Source of the DNA: a virus
Reading direction: 5' to 3' (one strand)
Virus record (IMG/VR): IMGVR_UViG_3300010885_057925
Coordinates: 107,518-171,517 of that record
DNA length: 64,000 bases
Below the pieces are notes generated by a model. It had not been told where the DNA came from. It saw only the letters and a program-made list of their open reading frames with translations, and ran no database searches. The translations under genes were made by a program, and so were the position numbers. Below, piece by piece: positions 55,650 to 63,854 of the stretch (positions within the stretch are counted from its first letter, which is position 1; each line of letters starts with the position of its first letter).

Positions 55650-55725
55650 TGGCCGGACCACCCCGACTCGAACGGGGAACCGGGCTTTAGGAGAGCCCTG
55701 CGATATCCTGTTTCACCATGGTCCG
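55650..55725 (-). tRNA. tRNA-Arg(CCT)
   Basis: GGGCT-CTCCTAA-AGCCC; CCA encoded. Confidence 0.88.
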
Positions 55726-55759
55726 ATTTGGTGCCGCCGTTTCCGCCAGCCACACTCAT

Positions 55760-55788
55760 ATACTACCACAATCTTCTGGCATTTGCAT
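55760..55788 (-). promoter_or_regulatory. Sigma70-like promoter ATGCAA-N17-TAGTAT
   Basis: Variant of the repeated motif, upstream of tRNA-Arg(CCT). Confidence 0.65.
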
Positions 55789-55862
55789 GCTTACTGCAAA
55801 TTTTCTAGCTGGGGCTCGGCGGGGGCTCATGACGTGAATACTTAGAGTGAAAGAGGTGCTCT

Positions 55863-56237
55863 ATGCCAGTCAACGTCAAGAGAATAATCCGTGAAGAGCT
55901 CGCCCGCATTCTCGAGGGTGACGTCGTCCACGTCAAGTTCGGTGGTGCACAGAAGACGAAGGAGCGCGAGAAGTCAAATTACCAGAGAGCTCTCGGAAAG
56001 GTAGTCTCAATGCTGGAAGAGATCATCAACGGCGAGGGCGCTGACATGGAGGACGATCAGATCGTCGAGCTCACGAAGCTCCTTGACCATGTGACCGGTA
56101 TGCAGGACGACGCGGCGGGCGAACCAGACGAGGAGGACGAAATGCCCTTTGGCGGACGTGCCTCGGGCCGCGAGCGCGATGAGCTATCTAATTTCAAGAA
56201 GTACATGAGTGACCGTGATCGCGATCGCGATTACTAA
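55863..56237 (+). CDS. Hypothetical acidic protein with N-terminal leader
   Basis: MPVNVKRIIREELARILEG; ATACTTA at 55838 and SD GAGG. Confidence 0.75.
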   Translation: MPVNVKRIIREELARILEGDVVHVKFGGAQKTKEREKSNYQRALGKVVSMLEEIINGEGADMEDDQIVELTKLLDHVTGMQDDAAGEPDEEDEMPFGGRASGRERDELSNFKKYMSDRDRDRDY

Positions 56238-56251
56238 TCAGGGACTCGATC

Positions 56252-56959
56252 ATGCCATCCGCGAAAGAATTCATACGAGCGTTCGAGCGAGCCACGGAAA
56301 CTTCATCGAAGTACGATGAATTTCGCAGCATGCTGCAATCTCTCGACGGATCGTTGGGTCAAGATTCACGGTCAGCCTCGATCAAGCTCAACACCAACAA
56401 AAAGGGATCCGACAGCAGGGTCGTTGAAGACGCTGTTCGTGAGAAATTTAAAGATAACCTAGGGAGAAGCAGGTACCCGGACGCTTTATTCGGCGCGATA
56501 CCAGTTGAAGTAAAGCATACTACCTCTGGGTTCGGAAAGCTGCCGACTGATTCATACGGTCTGACGAGAACTGACAAAAAATGGTACTTATTCGTCAAGG
56601 GTTCTGTCGACAGGGTGGAGAATGAAAACTTCACAGCGTGGTTGATGAGATCCGACTCGCTGTATCAGGAAATGACGCTGCTGCTTCGTGGCACGAGCCA
56701 GGGATCTTTATTTCCACACCAGGATCTCAATTCGATCGATCCAATGTCTGACGACGCGCTGGTGAATATCGAGAAGGAAATAAAAGATATCGCGAGCTCT
56801 CTGTCTACCTCCATCCTCAGGAAAGCGAGAGGAGAGGCCGAAAAGAGCGAGTCTGAGACCATGAGTCTCAGTAAGAGAGTGGGCATCAACAGGATCAGAT
56901 TCGACGTTAAGTTCGAGTCTAAGCTGCGTAAGATAATCTCTGATATAATCAACGATTAG
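56252..56959 (+). CDS. Putative PD-(D/E)XK nuclease with C-terminal leader-like motif
   Basis: E...YPD...VEVK; ends FESKLRKIISDIIND. Confidence 0.6.
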   Translation: MPSAKEFIRAFERATETSSKYDEFRSMLQSLDGSLGQDSRSASIKLNTNKKGSDSRVVEDAVREKFKDNLGRSRYPDALFGAIPVEVKHTTSGFGKLPTDSYGLTRTDKKWYLFVKGSVDRVENENFTAWLMRSDSLYQEMTLLLRGTSQGSLFPHQDLNSIDPMSDDALVNIEKEIKDIASSLSTSILRKARGEAEKSESETMSLSKRVGINRIRFDVKFESKLRKIISDIIND

Positions 56960-58619
56960 TCTTGAGAGCGTCGTTTTCTTCTTCGTCCGGCTCCGCGAGC
57001 GCGAATTCTGGATTTCCCATAGCTGCAAGACGGTCTATGATCTTCCTGTACAGTTCACTGCTCTCCGGAATGTTCGAGAGCGGCGCTGCGACGGGCAACC
57101 TTGATTTTCTGCGACCTGTGTAGTTCTTTTCGTGAGTGTGCTCGCGACCTTCCTGTGCCCTGATCATAAGCAGGGGCGCACCGTAGATCGCAAGAGGCGG
57201 ATTGCTCTGGCTCCTGATACGGTCAAACACCCTTCGCATTTCGCGAAGCGTGATACCTGATTCCATGTTATCATCCGCTATGATAGCTATGTGCAAGAAG
57301 GACGGGAGCGTCTCCACGTCAGCCTCGATAAAATCAGCGACGTGGCGCCGGTTTTGAGAAGGAACTACGCTGATCGAAAAATCAGACTTGTTCGCAGCAA
57401 GCATCCGCTTCCGCCAGTCTGGAATATCTCCTCGACGTTCATCCTCAAAATCTTTTATCAGATCGCCAACGGTCAAGCGACTCGGAACCGCCTGCTTCCC
57501 CCAGGCGTCCCACCTCTTTTTTATGAACGGGCTCAAGTTTGCGAGTTGCTGCTTCTGGACCTTCGAGAGATCGATTTCACCTGCGATGCCCTCCGCACCA
57601 GGGTTTGTTTCCTTAGCGAGGTCTCCGATCTGCTTAGCGAATTGCCTCGAGATGGTTTGATCAGCTTGAATTCCAGGATCCTGTGATACAGGGATTTTTC
57701 TGAACGATCTGTTGACGTCCACATCGGTCGACGTGAGGTAACCGTCAGGAAGCTGAAAATCTTTTATCGATTTCTCGAATCTTCTGATCTTCATGACGAT
57801 GTTCCTAACGAATTTCTGCGTAACCTCCGGGAATGAGTCTGGGTTTGCCTGAACTCTCTCGTACATCTTTCCGAATTTCTCTTTAGCGAGTCCAACGGCT
57901 TCCTCGTACTTTTTCTTTGCGAACTTTTCAAAGAAATAATCGTATGTCCCAAGTCTGTCGACGCCTTTGTTAAAAATGTCGATCGACTTTTTGATTTCTT
58001 CGGCGCATTCCTTGTAGGCGTTTTTGGAAAAATCTGACTTAGCTGTTTTTTTCTTGACCGAGACCCGTGACCCGATGTAGCGTGCCAAGCTGCTCCGAAG
58101 ACCTTCAACGTAATCGTTGACATGATTGGACGATGATGGGGTCACATAGATCGAGATTCTGGCTTCCTTCACTTCCTCTGGGAGATCTCCTCTCTGAACG
58201 CGTTCGTCAAGGTCGTCGACAATCGAACGGGCGATTATGCGGGTTCCGTCAGAGATATACTGCTGCATATCTTTTTCGGGTATCGTGTAGACAGTGTCAC
58301 GCTTACCCTTCAGGGCTTCAAGCACATCTTCGAGGTGGGAAGGGTAGGCCTTACTGTTACGTGCAGGCGCATTTTGCTGGAACGCGAACGCGGAACGGAT
58401 GGCGAAAACGTCTCCCGGAGACTTCTCCTGGAACTCCTTGAACTTATCGTCGGACGTGTAAGCTTCTCCGCTCTCACTCTTTCTCACAAAATGAATGTCG
58501 TTGAGATCCCAGGAGAGCGGAATCTGGTCACCAGGTTTAACGCCTGAGAGGTCGCCAACTTTGAAACCTTCGTTGACGAGGTAAGATCTGACGATATTTC
58601 TAAGAGTTCTTTCGTTCAT
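56949..58619 (-). CDS. Large protein with type I phosphoribosyltransferase-like motif and N-terminal leader
   Basis: IIADDNMESGITL PRPP-loop-like motif; MNERTLRNIVRSYLVNEG. Confidence 0.65.
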   Translation of the reverse strand: MNERTLRNIVRSYLVNEGFKVGDLSGVKPGDQIPLSWDLNDIHFVRKSESGEAYTSDDKFKEFQEKSPGDVFAIRSAFAFQQNAPARNSKAYPSHLEDVLEALKGKRDTVYTIPEKDMQQYISDGTRIIARSIVDDLDERVQRGDLPEEVKEARISIYVTPSSSNHVNDYVEGLRSSLARYIGSRVSVKKKTAKSDFSKNAYKECAEEIKKSIDIFNKGVDRLGTYDYFFEKFAKKKYEEAVGLAKEKFGKMYERVQANPDSFPEVTQKFVRNIVMKIRRFEKSIKDFQLPDGYLTSTDVDVNRSFRKIPVSQDPGIQADQTISRQFAKQIGDLAKETNPGAEGIAGEIDLSKVQKQQLANLSPFIKKRWDAWGKQAVPSRLTVGDLIKDFEDERRGDIPDWRKRMLAANKSDFSISVVPSQNRRHVADFIEADVETLPSFLHIAIIADDNMESGITLREMRRVFDRIRSQSNPPLAIYGAPLLMIRAQEGREHTHEKNYTGRRKSRLPVAAPLSNIPESSELYRKIIDRLAAMGNPEFALAEPDEEENDALKTNR

Positions 58620-58639
58620 CACACGATTAATTATTCGAA

Positions 58640-59455
58640 TCAATCGTCTTTAGCGTCTTTGCCAAGCTCGTTAAGGGCCCAATCGACCTCGTAGGTGAAA
58701 GATCCACCGTAGCGACGCTCCTGAATGATCTCCTTCCATTTTCCGATGAAGAAGATCAGCTCCTCCTTTCGCACCAGACCACGCTCTCGCAGCTTCTTAA
58801 CGCTGCTTTGAACGCCCAGAAGATGTTGCGTTGTCCACTTTCCTTCTCCGAAGTTGTTTCCTGCGTAAGCCAACCACCCAGTCAGGGATTCGTAAGAGTC
58901 GTCGGTGAGCCCCTCAAGGCCACGATGCTTCAAATACTTCAGAATGCGGCTTCCGAGAAAGGGAGTGTTGTTACGACCGACACGAAGCAGCCTCCTGCTC
59001 TCGATCTCGAACCAGTCTTGCGGGATGACAACATGCTGATGGTTGATCGCGACCCGACAGTTGACGATATCGAAGCTTGAGAGCGTCTCCTCGATCGTGG
59101 GCTGGATAAGCTCAGGATCATCGACAAATTGTACCTTCACTGTCTGATTCAGCTCCTTCGCGAAGCCGGCTTGGCTGCGACGGGCGTGCTTTGGAATCAG
59201 AGAAGCCGCATCTTCAGAGCTGTTGAAGAAGATGTCGATATCTCCTTGAGGCACGTAATCAGTCTCTTTGTATCCAGGGTGGAAGTACTGCTCCACAGGT
59301 CGATTGAGCATGAGATGTCGCGCGAAACCGCCACAGATCCAGCCACGATTGGCGAGCGCCTCGTCGACAACCGCAACTTTCTCGAGCGTGCGCCTGAGCT
59401 CGACATGCGCCCGGGAAGTAAGGGCGGACTCGAGTGGGATGAAATTGTAGCTCAT
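58640..59455 (-). CDS. Nucleotidyltransferase (poly(A) polymerase/CCA-adding head-like)
   Basis: ICGGFAR...GDIDIFF...VQFV...FDIVNC. Confidence 0.75.
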   Translation of the reverse strand: MSYNFIPLESALTSRAHVELRRTLEKVAVVDEALANRGWICGGFARHLMLNRPVEQYFHPGYKETDYVPQGDIDIFFNSSEDAASLIPKHARRSQAGFAKELNQTVKVQFVDDPELIQPTIEETLSSFDIVNCRVAINHQHVVIPQDWFEIESRRLLRVGRNNTPFLGSRILKYLKHRGLEGLTDDSYESLTGWLAYAGNNFGEGKWTTQHLLGVQSSVKKLRERGLVRKEELIFFIGKWKEIIQERRYGGSFTYEVDWALNELGKDAKDD

Positions 59456-59457
59456 GA

Positions 59458-59535
59458 TCACTCCCGACCACGAAGGATGGTTACGATGAGACCCACAACG
59501 GCGGCGATGAGGGCGAAGATCCAGAAGTTCCGCAT
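59458..59535 (-). CDS. 25-aa single-pass membrane peptide
   Basis: Promoter plus SD AAGGAGG; MRNFWIFALIAAVVGLIVTILRGRE. Confidence 0.65.
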   Translation of the reverse strand: MRNFWIFALIAAVVGLIVTILRGRE

Positions 59536-59555
59536 GATTGCCTCCTTATGATACT

Positions 59556-59584
59556 AGTATACCACGGACGGCGCGCCGTTGCAC
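59556..59584 (-). promoter_or_regulatory. Sigma70-like promoter GTGCAA-N17-TATACT
   Basis: Repeated motif with extended -10 TG. Confidence 0.72.
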
Positions 59585-59586
59585 GC

Positions 59587-60312
59587 TTACTTGGGGGCGC
59601 GAACCAGAAGCGTTTTTACCCGAACGTTTGCGACCCCTGTTTTTGCCAGAACTTTGATCACGACGTCGCCCTGGTCGTTGAACAAAGGCTCTTCCATGAT
59701 CGTGGCTGGGGCTCCGTTTCGATTCCAGCGAAGCGAGCCGATCGGATGCTTACCGCCCTCAAACTCGGCGATAGGACCCTTGAAGTTCTCCCGCGTGAAT
59801 TCCCAATCGTCAGGAGAGATCTTGCTTTCCGCGCGCCAGCGCCTGAAAATACCATCGAGCCGCGCGGAGATCACAGGTCTGGCTGACCAGTAGCTGTATG
59901 ATGAGAATCGCTTGCGCGCTGCAAGTCCCGCCAGCAGATGTCGAGACCTTTCACCCAGCTCAAGATCGGGCAGCGCATCGTTCACCTGCTTCCGGAGACG
60001 CTCGAGCTCAGACTGCGTGTGCTCGGTGAGCTTCCATCCTGCTTTTACTTTGTTGAGGACGCTCATGAGAGCGTTGACGGTATCTGGTCGACCAGAACGA
60101 GCTACGAGATTCTCAATCTCTGAGACAAGCGGAGCTACGGACTGGGGGCTACCTTTCGAGACAAGGTCATTGAGCCACCCCACGCCACCGCCCCGAGGCA
60201 TCTGATTCGTTTGAACAACACTGCGGAGAAAACGACCAGAGCTTGTCTCACCCAACCCGCACTGATCGTAGCGATCAGCCAGCTCTCGGACTTGATCCAT
60301 CGTGATTTCCAT
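59587..60312 (-). CDS. Hypothetical protein
   Basis: Own promoter and SD AAGGAG. Confidence 0.7.
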   Translation of the reverse strand: MEITMDQVRELADRYDQCGLGETSSGRFLRSVVQTNQMPRGGGVGWLNDLVSKGSPQSVAPLVSEIENLVARSGRPDTVNALMSVLNKVKAGWKLTEHTQSELERLRKQVNDALPDLELGERSRHLLAGLAARKRFSSYSYWSARPVISARLDGIFRRWRAESKISPDDWEFTRENFKGPIAEFEGGKHPIGSLRWNRNGAPATIMEEPLFNDQGDVVIKVLAKTGVANVRVKTLLVRAPK

Positions 60313-60331
60313 GCTGTCTCCTTATACAGCC

Positions 60332-60360
60332 ATATTACCATAGCTGCACGTGGGTTGCAC
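60332..60360 (-). promoter_or_regulatory. Sigma70-like promoter GTGCAA-N17-TAATAT
   Basis: Repeated motif with extended -10 TG. Confidence 0.72.
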
Positions 60361-60365
60361 GATTT

Positions 60366-60602
60366 CTAGCTTAGGTGCATCCTTATGTCTGAGATCCTGG
60401 AGCGCGAGGCGTCCGTCGGCGTCCCGGCTGCGTCGGTCTCTAGGACAGCAAGTGCCCACAGCTTGCCATGATTCGGTCGAATCTTCATGATGTCGGACCT
60501 AATTCGCATCAGAAGCTCCTCATCCTCATGCGGTATGGAGGCCGAAATTGTCGAGTAGTATGACGTGCTGGTGATGGTGAAAAGGCAGTAGACTGGATTC
60601 AT
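60366..60602 (-). CDS. Hypothetical protein
   Basis: ATGA overlap with the upstream gene. Confidence 0.5.
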   Translation of the reverse strand: MNPVYCLFTITSTSYYSTISASIPHEDEELLMRIRSDIMKIRPNHGKLWALAVLETDAAGTPTDASRSRISDIRMHLS

Positions 60603-61354
60603 CCGGTGATATTAATCACGCGCTGCCGCGATTTTAGTGATTCTGAAATTTCAATGAAATTTTCTTCCTCTTCCTCTTCCTGCATGCTTGGAACATGCGA
60701 GATGTAGGTTCCCTGCGCTGACATCTCGTATTTCGATCCGGGCGATCCCTGAAAATGATCCTTGACGTCGCTTTCACGGACGATTGTGACTCTTCTCTCT
60801 GCTAATCCCGAGCTTTTTGCGATCTTTCCGATCTGCTTCCAGACTTGTACCGGGTTCTTCTCAACGTCTAAGTTCGGATTATCGATCTTCGCCTTCTCCT
60901 CGGCGGCGCGGTCGATCCCGCTCATGTCAGGGACGCTCTGAACCGTTCGAAGGTTCGGGTTGTCCTTCATCATCTTGTTGAGGTCATTACCAGATGCGGG
61001 GTCAGATGCTGCGATGTTGAGGATGGCGGCGGCAGCTTTTGCACGCTCCTTCGGATCTTTGGCTCCCTTCGTGCTGGGGTCGGTCCCGAATCCCTTGAGG
61101 TAAGTTTTTTTATCCTCAGGAGAGAGCTTGGAGATCTCTTTCCTCGCGTTGAAGACGCTGCTGCTTGTCTTCGAAGCAGCATCCTTCGCGTGCCTGTTTG
61201 CCAGCTCAACGCTCTTCGCGCGGGTCGCACTTTTCACGTCGGCTGGCATGCTGGTAGGATTTCCGGCGCCTGCTTCACCACCGAGGACGCCCTCGTTCAT
61301 CATCGAAAGCTCCTCACGTATGATTTTTCTAAGAGCTGATTCATCAAGCGACAT
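60599..61354 (-). CDS. Hypothetical protein with N-terminal leader
   Basis: MSLDESALRKIIREELSMMNEG. Confidence 0.75.
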   Translation of the reverse strand: MSLDESALRKIIREELSMMNEGVLGGEAGAGNPTSMPADVKSATRAKSVELANRHAKDAASKTSSSVFNARKEISKLSPEDKKTYLKGFGTDPSTKGAKDPKERAKAAAAILNIAASDPASGNDLNKMMKDNPNLRTVQSVPDMSGIDRAAEEKAKIDNPNLDVEKNPVQVWKQIGKIAKSSGLAERRVTIVRESDVKDHFQGSPGSKYEMSAQGTYISHVPSMQEEEEEENFIEISESLKSRQRVINITG

Positions 61355-61398
61355 CGGGTTCTCCACTCGGCTAACCTAAGTATGCCTGATGAGTCAGT

Positions 61399-61995
61399 TT
61401 AAACGGAGAAGTAAGCGCCTCGGGTGTGTGCAACTCTATCGAGGTATTCTTCGCTGATTTCGGTCAGCGAGAATCTCATGTCTAGGGCGTCGAGAAGCGA
61501 GACGCGCCTCATCATGACCGGGCTACGAAATTTTCCAATCTCAACTTTTGAACCGCCACGGGCTTCTTCAGCGAAGATCCTGACGTGTGCTTGGACTTTC
61601 TCGGCTAGCCTAGGATCGAAATCGTTGATCGGACCCTCTTCGGAAATCTTGGCGATGCTCACCTGCATCTGTCCGTTTCGGTACCCGAAGTCGTGGAGGC
61701 TCATCCCCTCGTAGCCGACGTCCTTCACTGGAAATGGAACATGCCATGTGTTGCTCGCGCGGTTGCCCTCACGAAGCACATTCTTCCAGATCCACTCGGC
61801 CGTGCCTGGGCGATCTGGGTTCATGATGACGCTTGCCACGTCGGATTGACCACCGATGCGGAGGAGCTCGACGACCATTCGACCGTTGAGATCCTTGAGC
61901 TCAATCTTAGATTTAAGAGGAGGTTCCGATACCTCACGGAGACGTCGAAGCTCCTCACGGATGATCTGCCTCAGCTGTCTCTCATTGATCTTCAT
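61399..61995 (-). CDS. Hypothetical protein with N-terminal leader
   Basis: MKINERQLRQIIREELRRLREV; SD GGAG. Confidence 0.75.
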   Translation of the reverse strand: MKINERQLRQIIREELRRLREVSEPPLKSKIELKDLNGRMVVELLRIGGQSDVASVIMNPDRPGTAEWIWKNVLREGNRASNTWHVPFPVKDVGYEGMSLHDFGYRNGQMQVSIAKISEEGPINDFDPRLAEKVQAHVRIFAEEARGGSKVEIGKFRSPVMMRRVSLLDALDMRFSLTEISEEYLDRVAHTRGAYFSV

Positions 61996-62070
61996 GAAAC
62001 TACTCTCCAACGGATGATAAATATACGTCCTGTCTTTAAAATCAGCCAAAACGCTGGAACATGAGAAGCC

Positions 62071-62880
62071 TCAACGACGCCTTGGAAGTCCCAGTGAGTC
62101 CCGGACCTCGTCGTCGGACATCCTCTGCGGCTTCCTGGGAGGTGGCGGGGCAGCCACACCACCAACGCGTCGTATGGCGCCAGGTGATGGTGCACGTGGG
62201 GGTTCGGGAGCGGCGGGTGGTGGGGGTGGATTGCGCTCAGCCCGAGCCGCTCGACGCTCCTCACGCTCAGCCGCCCGCTCATCCTTCTCGCGTTGGGCCC
62301 CGATACCATCACGATGACGCTTCAGAGCGTAGTTTGCGGCTGACCAAGGATCCCTCATATTGGGACCGCCCAGGTGCACCATGAACGCGAACCCAACGTT
62401 ATGAAGCCACCGTGGGGGACTGTCCTTTGTGGCAGGGAACATGATATCGACAAGAGGTATCGTGTCTCCGGGTCGCACGCCGGGCACCCCCAGGGCAGAC
62501 GGATCCTTGTGGTGGACGGACGCGATAGTTCCCGGGTTCGTGTACGCCTCATCGTAGCCGTGCAGCGTCGGAATGATAACGTGATCGCCCTTGTTGAAGT
62601 AGATGTCGTTCTTGCCGAATATGGACTTGACATCGCCCGTCTTGCTCTCGAAATCCCGCTTCCACGGCCGCGTCATGTCGCCGTCGTTGTACCAGCTGTT
62701 GAAAGCGGGTGAGCTACCGATGAAAGGGTTACTCTCGAAAGGGATGTGACGCTTGTTGGGTGTCCACTCGACGTCCTCCTTCGTCCTCACGCTGTAGCCG
62801 TGCCTGTTCCTGATAGCCTCATCGAGCTGCTCGAGCTCCTCACGGATGATCTGCCTCAGCTGCCCCTCGTTGATCCTCAT
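62071..62880 (-). CDS. Hypothetical protein with N-terminal leader and Pro-rich tail
   Basis: MRINEGQLRQIIREELEQLDEA; SD GGAG. Confidence 0.75.
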   Translation of the reverse strand: MRINEGQLRQIIREELEQLDEAIRNRHGYSVRTKEDVEWTPNKRHIPFESNPFIGSSPAFNSWYNDGDMTRPWKRDFESKTGDVKSIFGKNDIYFNKGDHVIIPTLHGYDEAYTNPGTIASVHHKDPSALGVPGVRPGDTIPLVDIMFPATKDSPPRWLHNVGFAFMVHLGGPNMRDPWSAANYALKRHRDGIGAQREKDERAAEREERRAARAERNPPPPPAAPEPPRAPSPGAIRRVGGVAAPPPPRKPQRMSDDEVRDSLGLPRRR

Positions 62881-62979
62881 GAAAACCGCTCCAACGGATC
62901 CTAAATATAGTGCCCCGGGGGGAACTTGGGAAGTCTCCGGCCCGGGGCACTTTTTCACGCAGCGTGTGCCAGCGTGGAA

Positions 62980-63288
62980 TCAGCGGTTCATGATGTAGTC
63001 GCCCATCATCATGTTGACAGCGTAGAGCTCGCCCTTGCCGTCCTCCTGCGGGAACTCCTCCATACCGGAGTCCATCGTCGCGCCGAGGAGACGGTCGGTG
63101 CAGGACACCCACTCCTCCCACAGGCCGTCGACCTCGCTATCGCCGCTGTCGAGCATGGGCTCATCGCCCTGACTGCCACCGCCGTACCAGCCGCGGGCCT
63201 CACGCAGGGGCTTACGTGCGCCCCTCACCATCCTTGCCGCTTCCTGACGCACGATCCGGCGCAGGTCACCCTCTGTCAGTCTTGCCAT
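62980..63288 (-). CDS. Hypothetical protein with N-terminal leader
   Basis: MARLTEGDLRRIVRQEAARM...LREA. Confidence 0.72.
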   Translation of the reverse strand: MARLTEGDLRRIVRQEAARMVRGARKPLREARGWYGGGSQGDEPMLDSGDSEVDGLWEEWVSCTDRLLGATMDSGMEEFPQEDGKGELYAVNMMMGDYIMNR

Positions 63289-63356
63289 GATAAAATCTCC
63301 CTCGACGTAACGTCGAAATTAAGTATATCGGTCAGGTCAAAAACCTCCTGGTGCGA

Positions 63357-63824
63357 CTAATCCCCACCCGGACCCGGGAAGTTCGACCAGTCCTTGCGAC
63401 CCGTTGAGATGCCCTGCAGGATCTTCTGCCTGTACTTCTCACGGACATCATCGTCATCATCGTCATCATCGTTGTCGGGCGCGGACTTGGTGGGCGCTGC
63501 CTTGGCCACGGTGGCCTGTGGTGCCGCGGGCTTCGCGGCGATCCCGAGCTCCCTGTGGAACATCTCCTTGTTCCTCATGATCGACGAGGAGACGAGAGAC
63601 ATCAGCGCGTTATCGTTTCCGGCGTTCGCCAGAATCAGCCGGAGCGTGACGAGCTCGGGACCGTTGAGTCCCAACGATTCCAGCTTGCCCATGAGGCGTC
63701 TGATGACCACAACAACCGAATCGGGATCGTCCGGCAGGCCGCTCTGTGTGTCGAAACCCTCGCGGAGCGTCCGTCGTGCCTCCTCCCGGACGATCTTTCT
63801 CAACTGTGATTCTGTGATTCTCAT
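63357..63824 (-). CDS. Hypothetical protein with N-terminal leader
   Basis: MRITESQLRKIVREEARRTLREG. Confidence 0.75.
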   Translation of the reverse strand: MRITESQLRKIVREEARRTLREGFDTQSGLPDDPDSVVVVIRRLMGKLESLGLNGPELVTLRLILANAGNDNALMSLVSSSIMRNKEMFHRELGIAAKPAAPQATVAKAAPTKSAPDNDDDDDDDDVREKYRQKILQGISTGRKDWSNFPGPGGD

Positions 63825-63847
63825 GTTAAATCCTCTCCAGCGATCCT

Positions 63848-63854
63848 TAAATAT
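63848..63854 (-). promoter_or_regulatory. ATANTTA putative late-promoter motif (representative copy)
   Basis: About 20 copies just upstream of genes across the window (see findings). Confidence 0.6.

Noticed and set aside
63445-63476. (TCA/TCG)n microsatellite
   Set aside because: It encodes a poly-Asp tract within the 63357..63824 gene.
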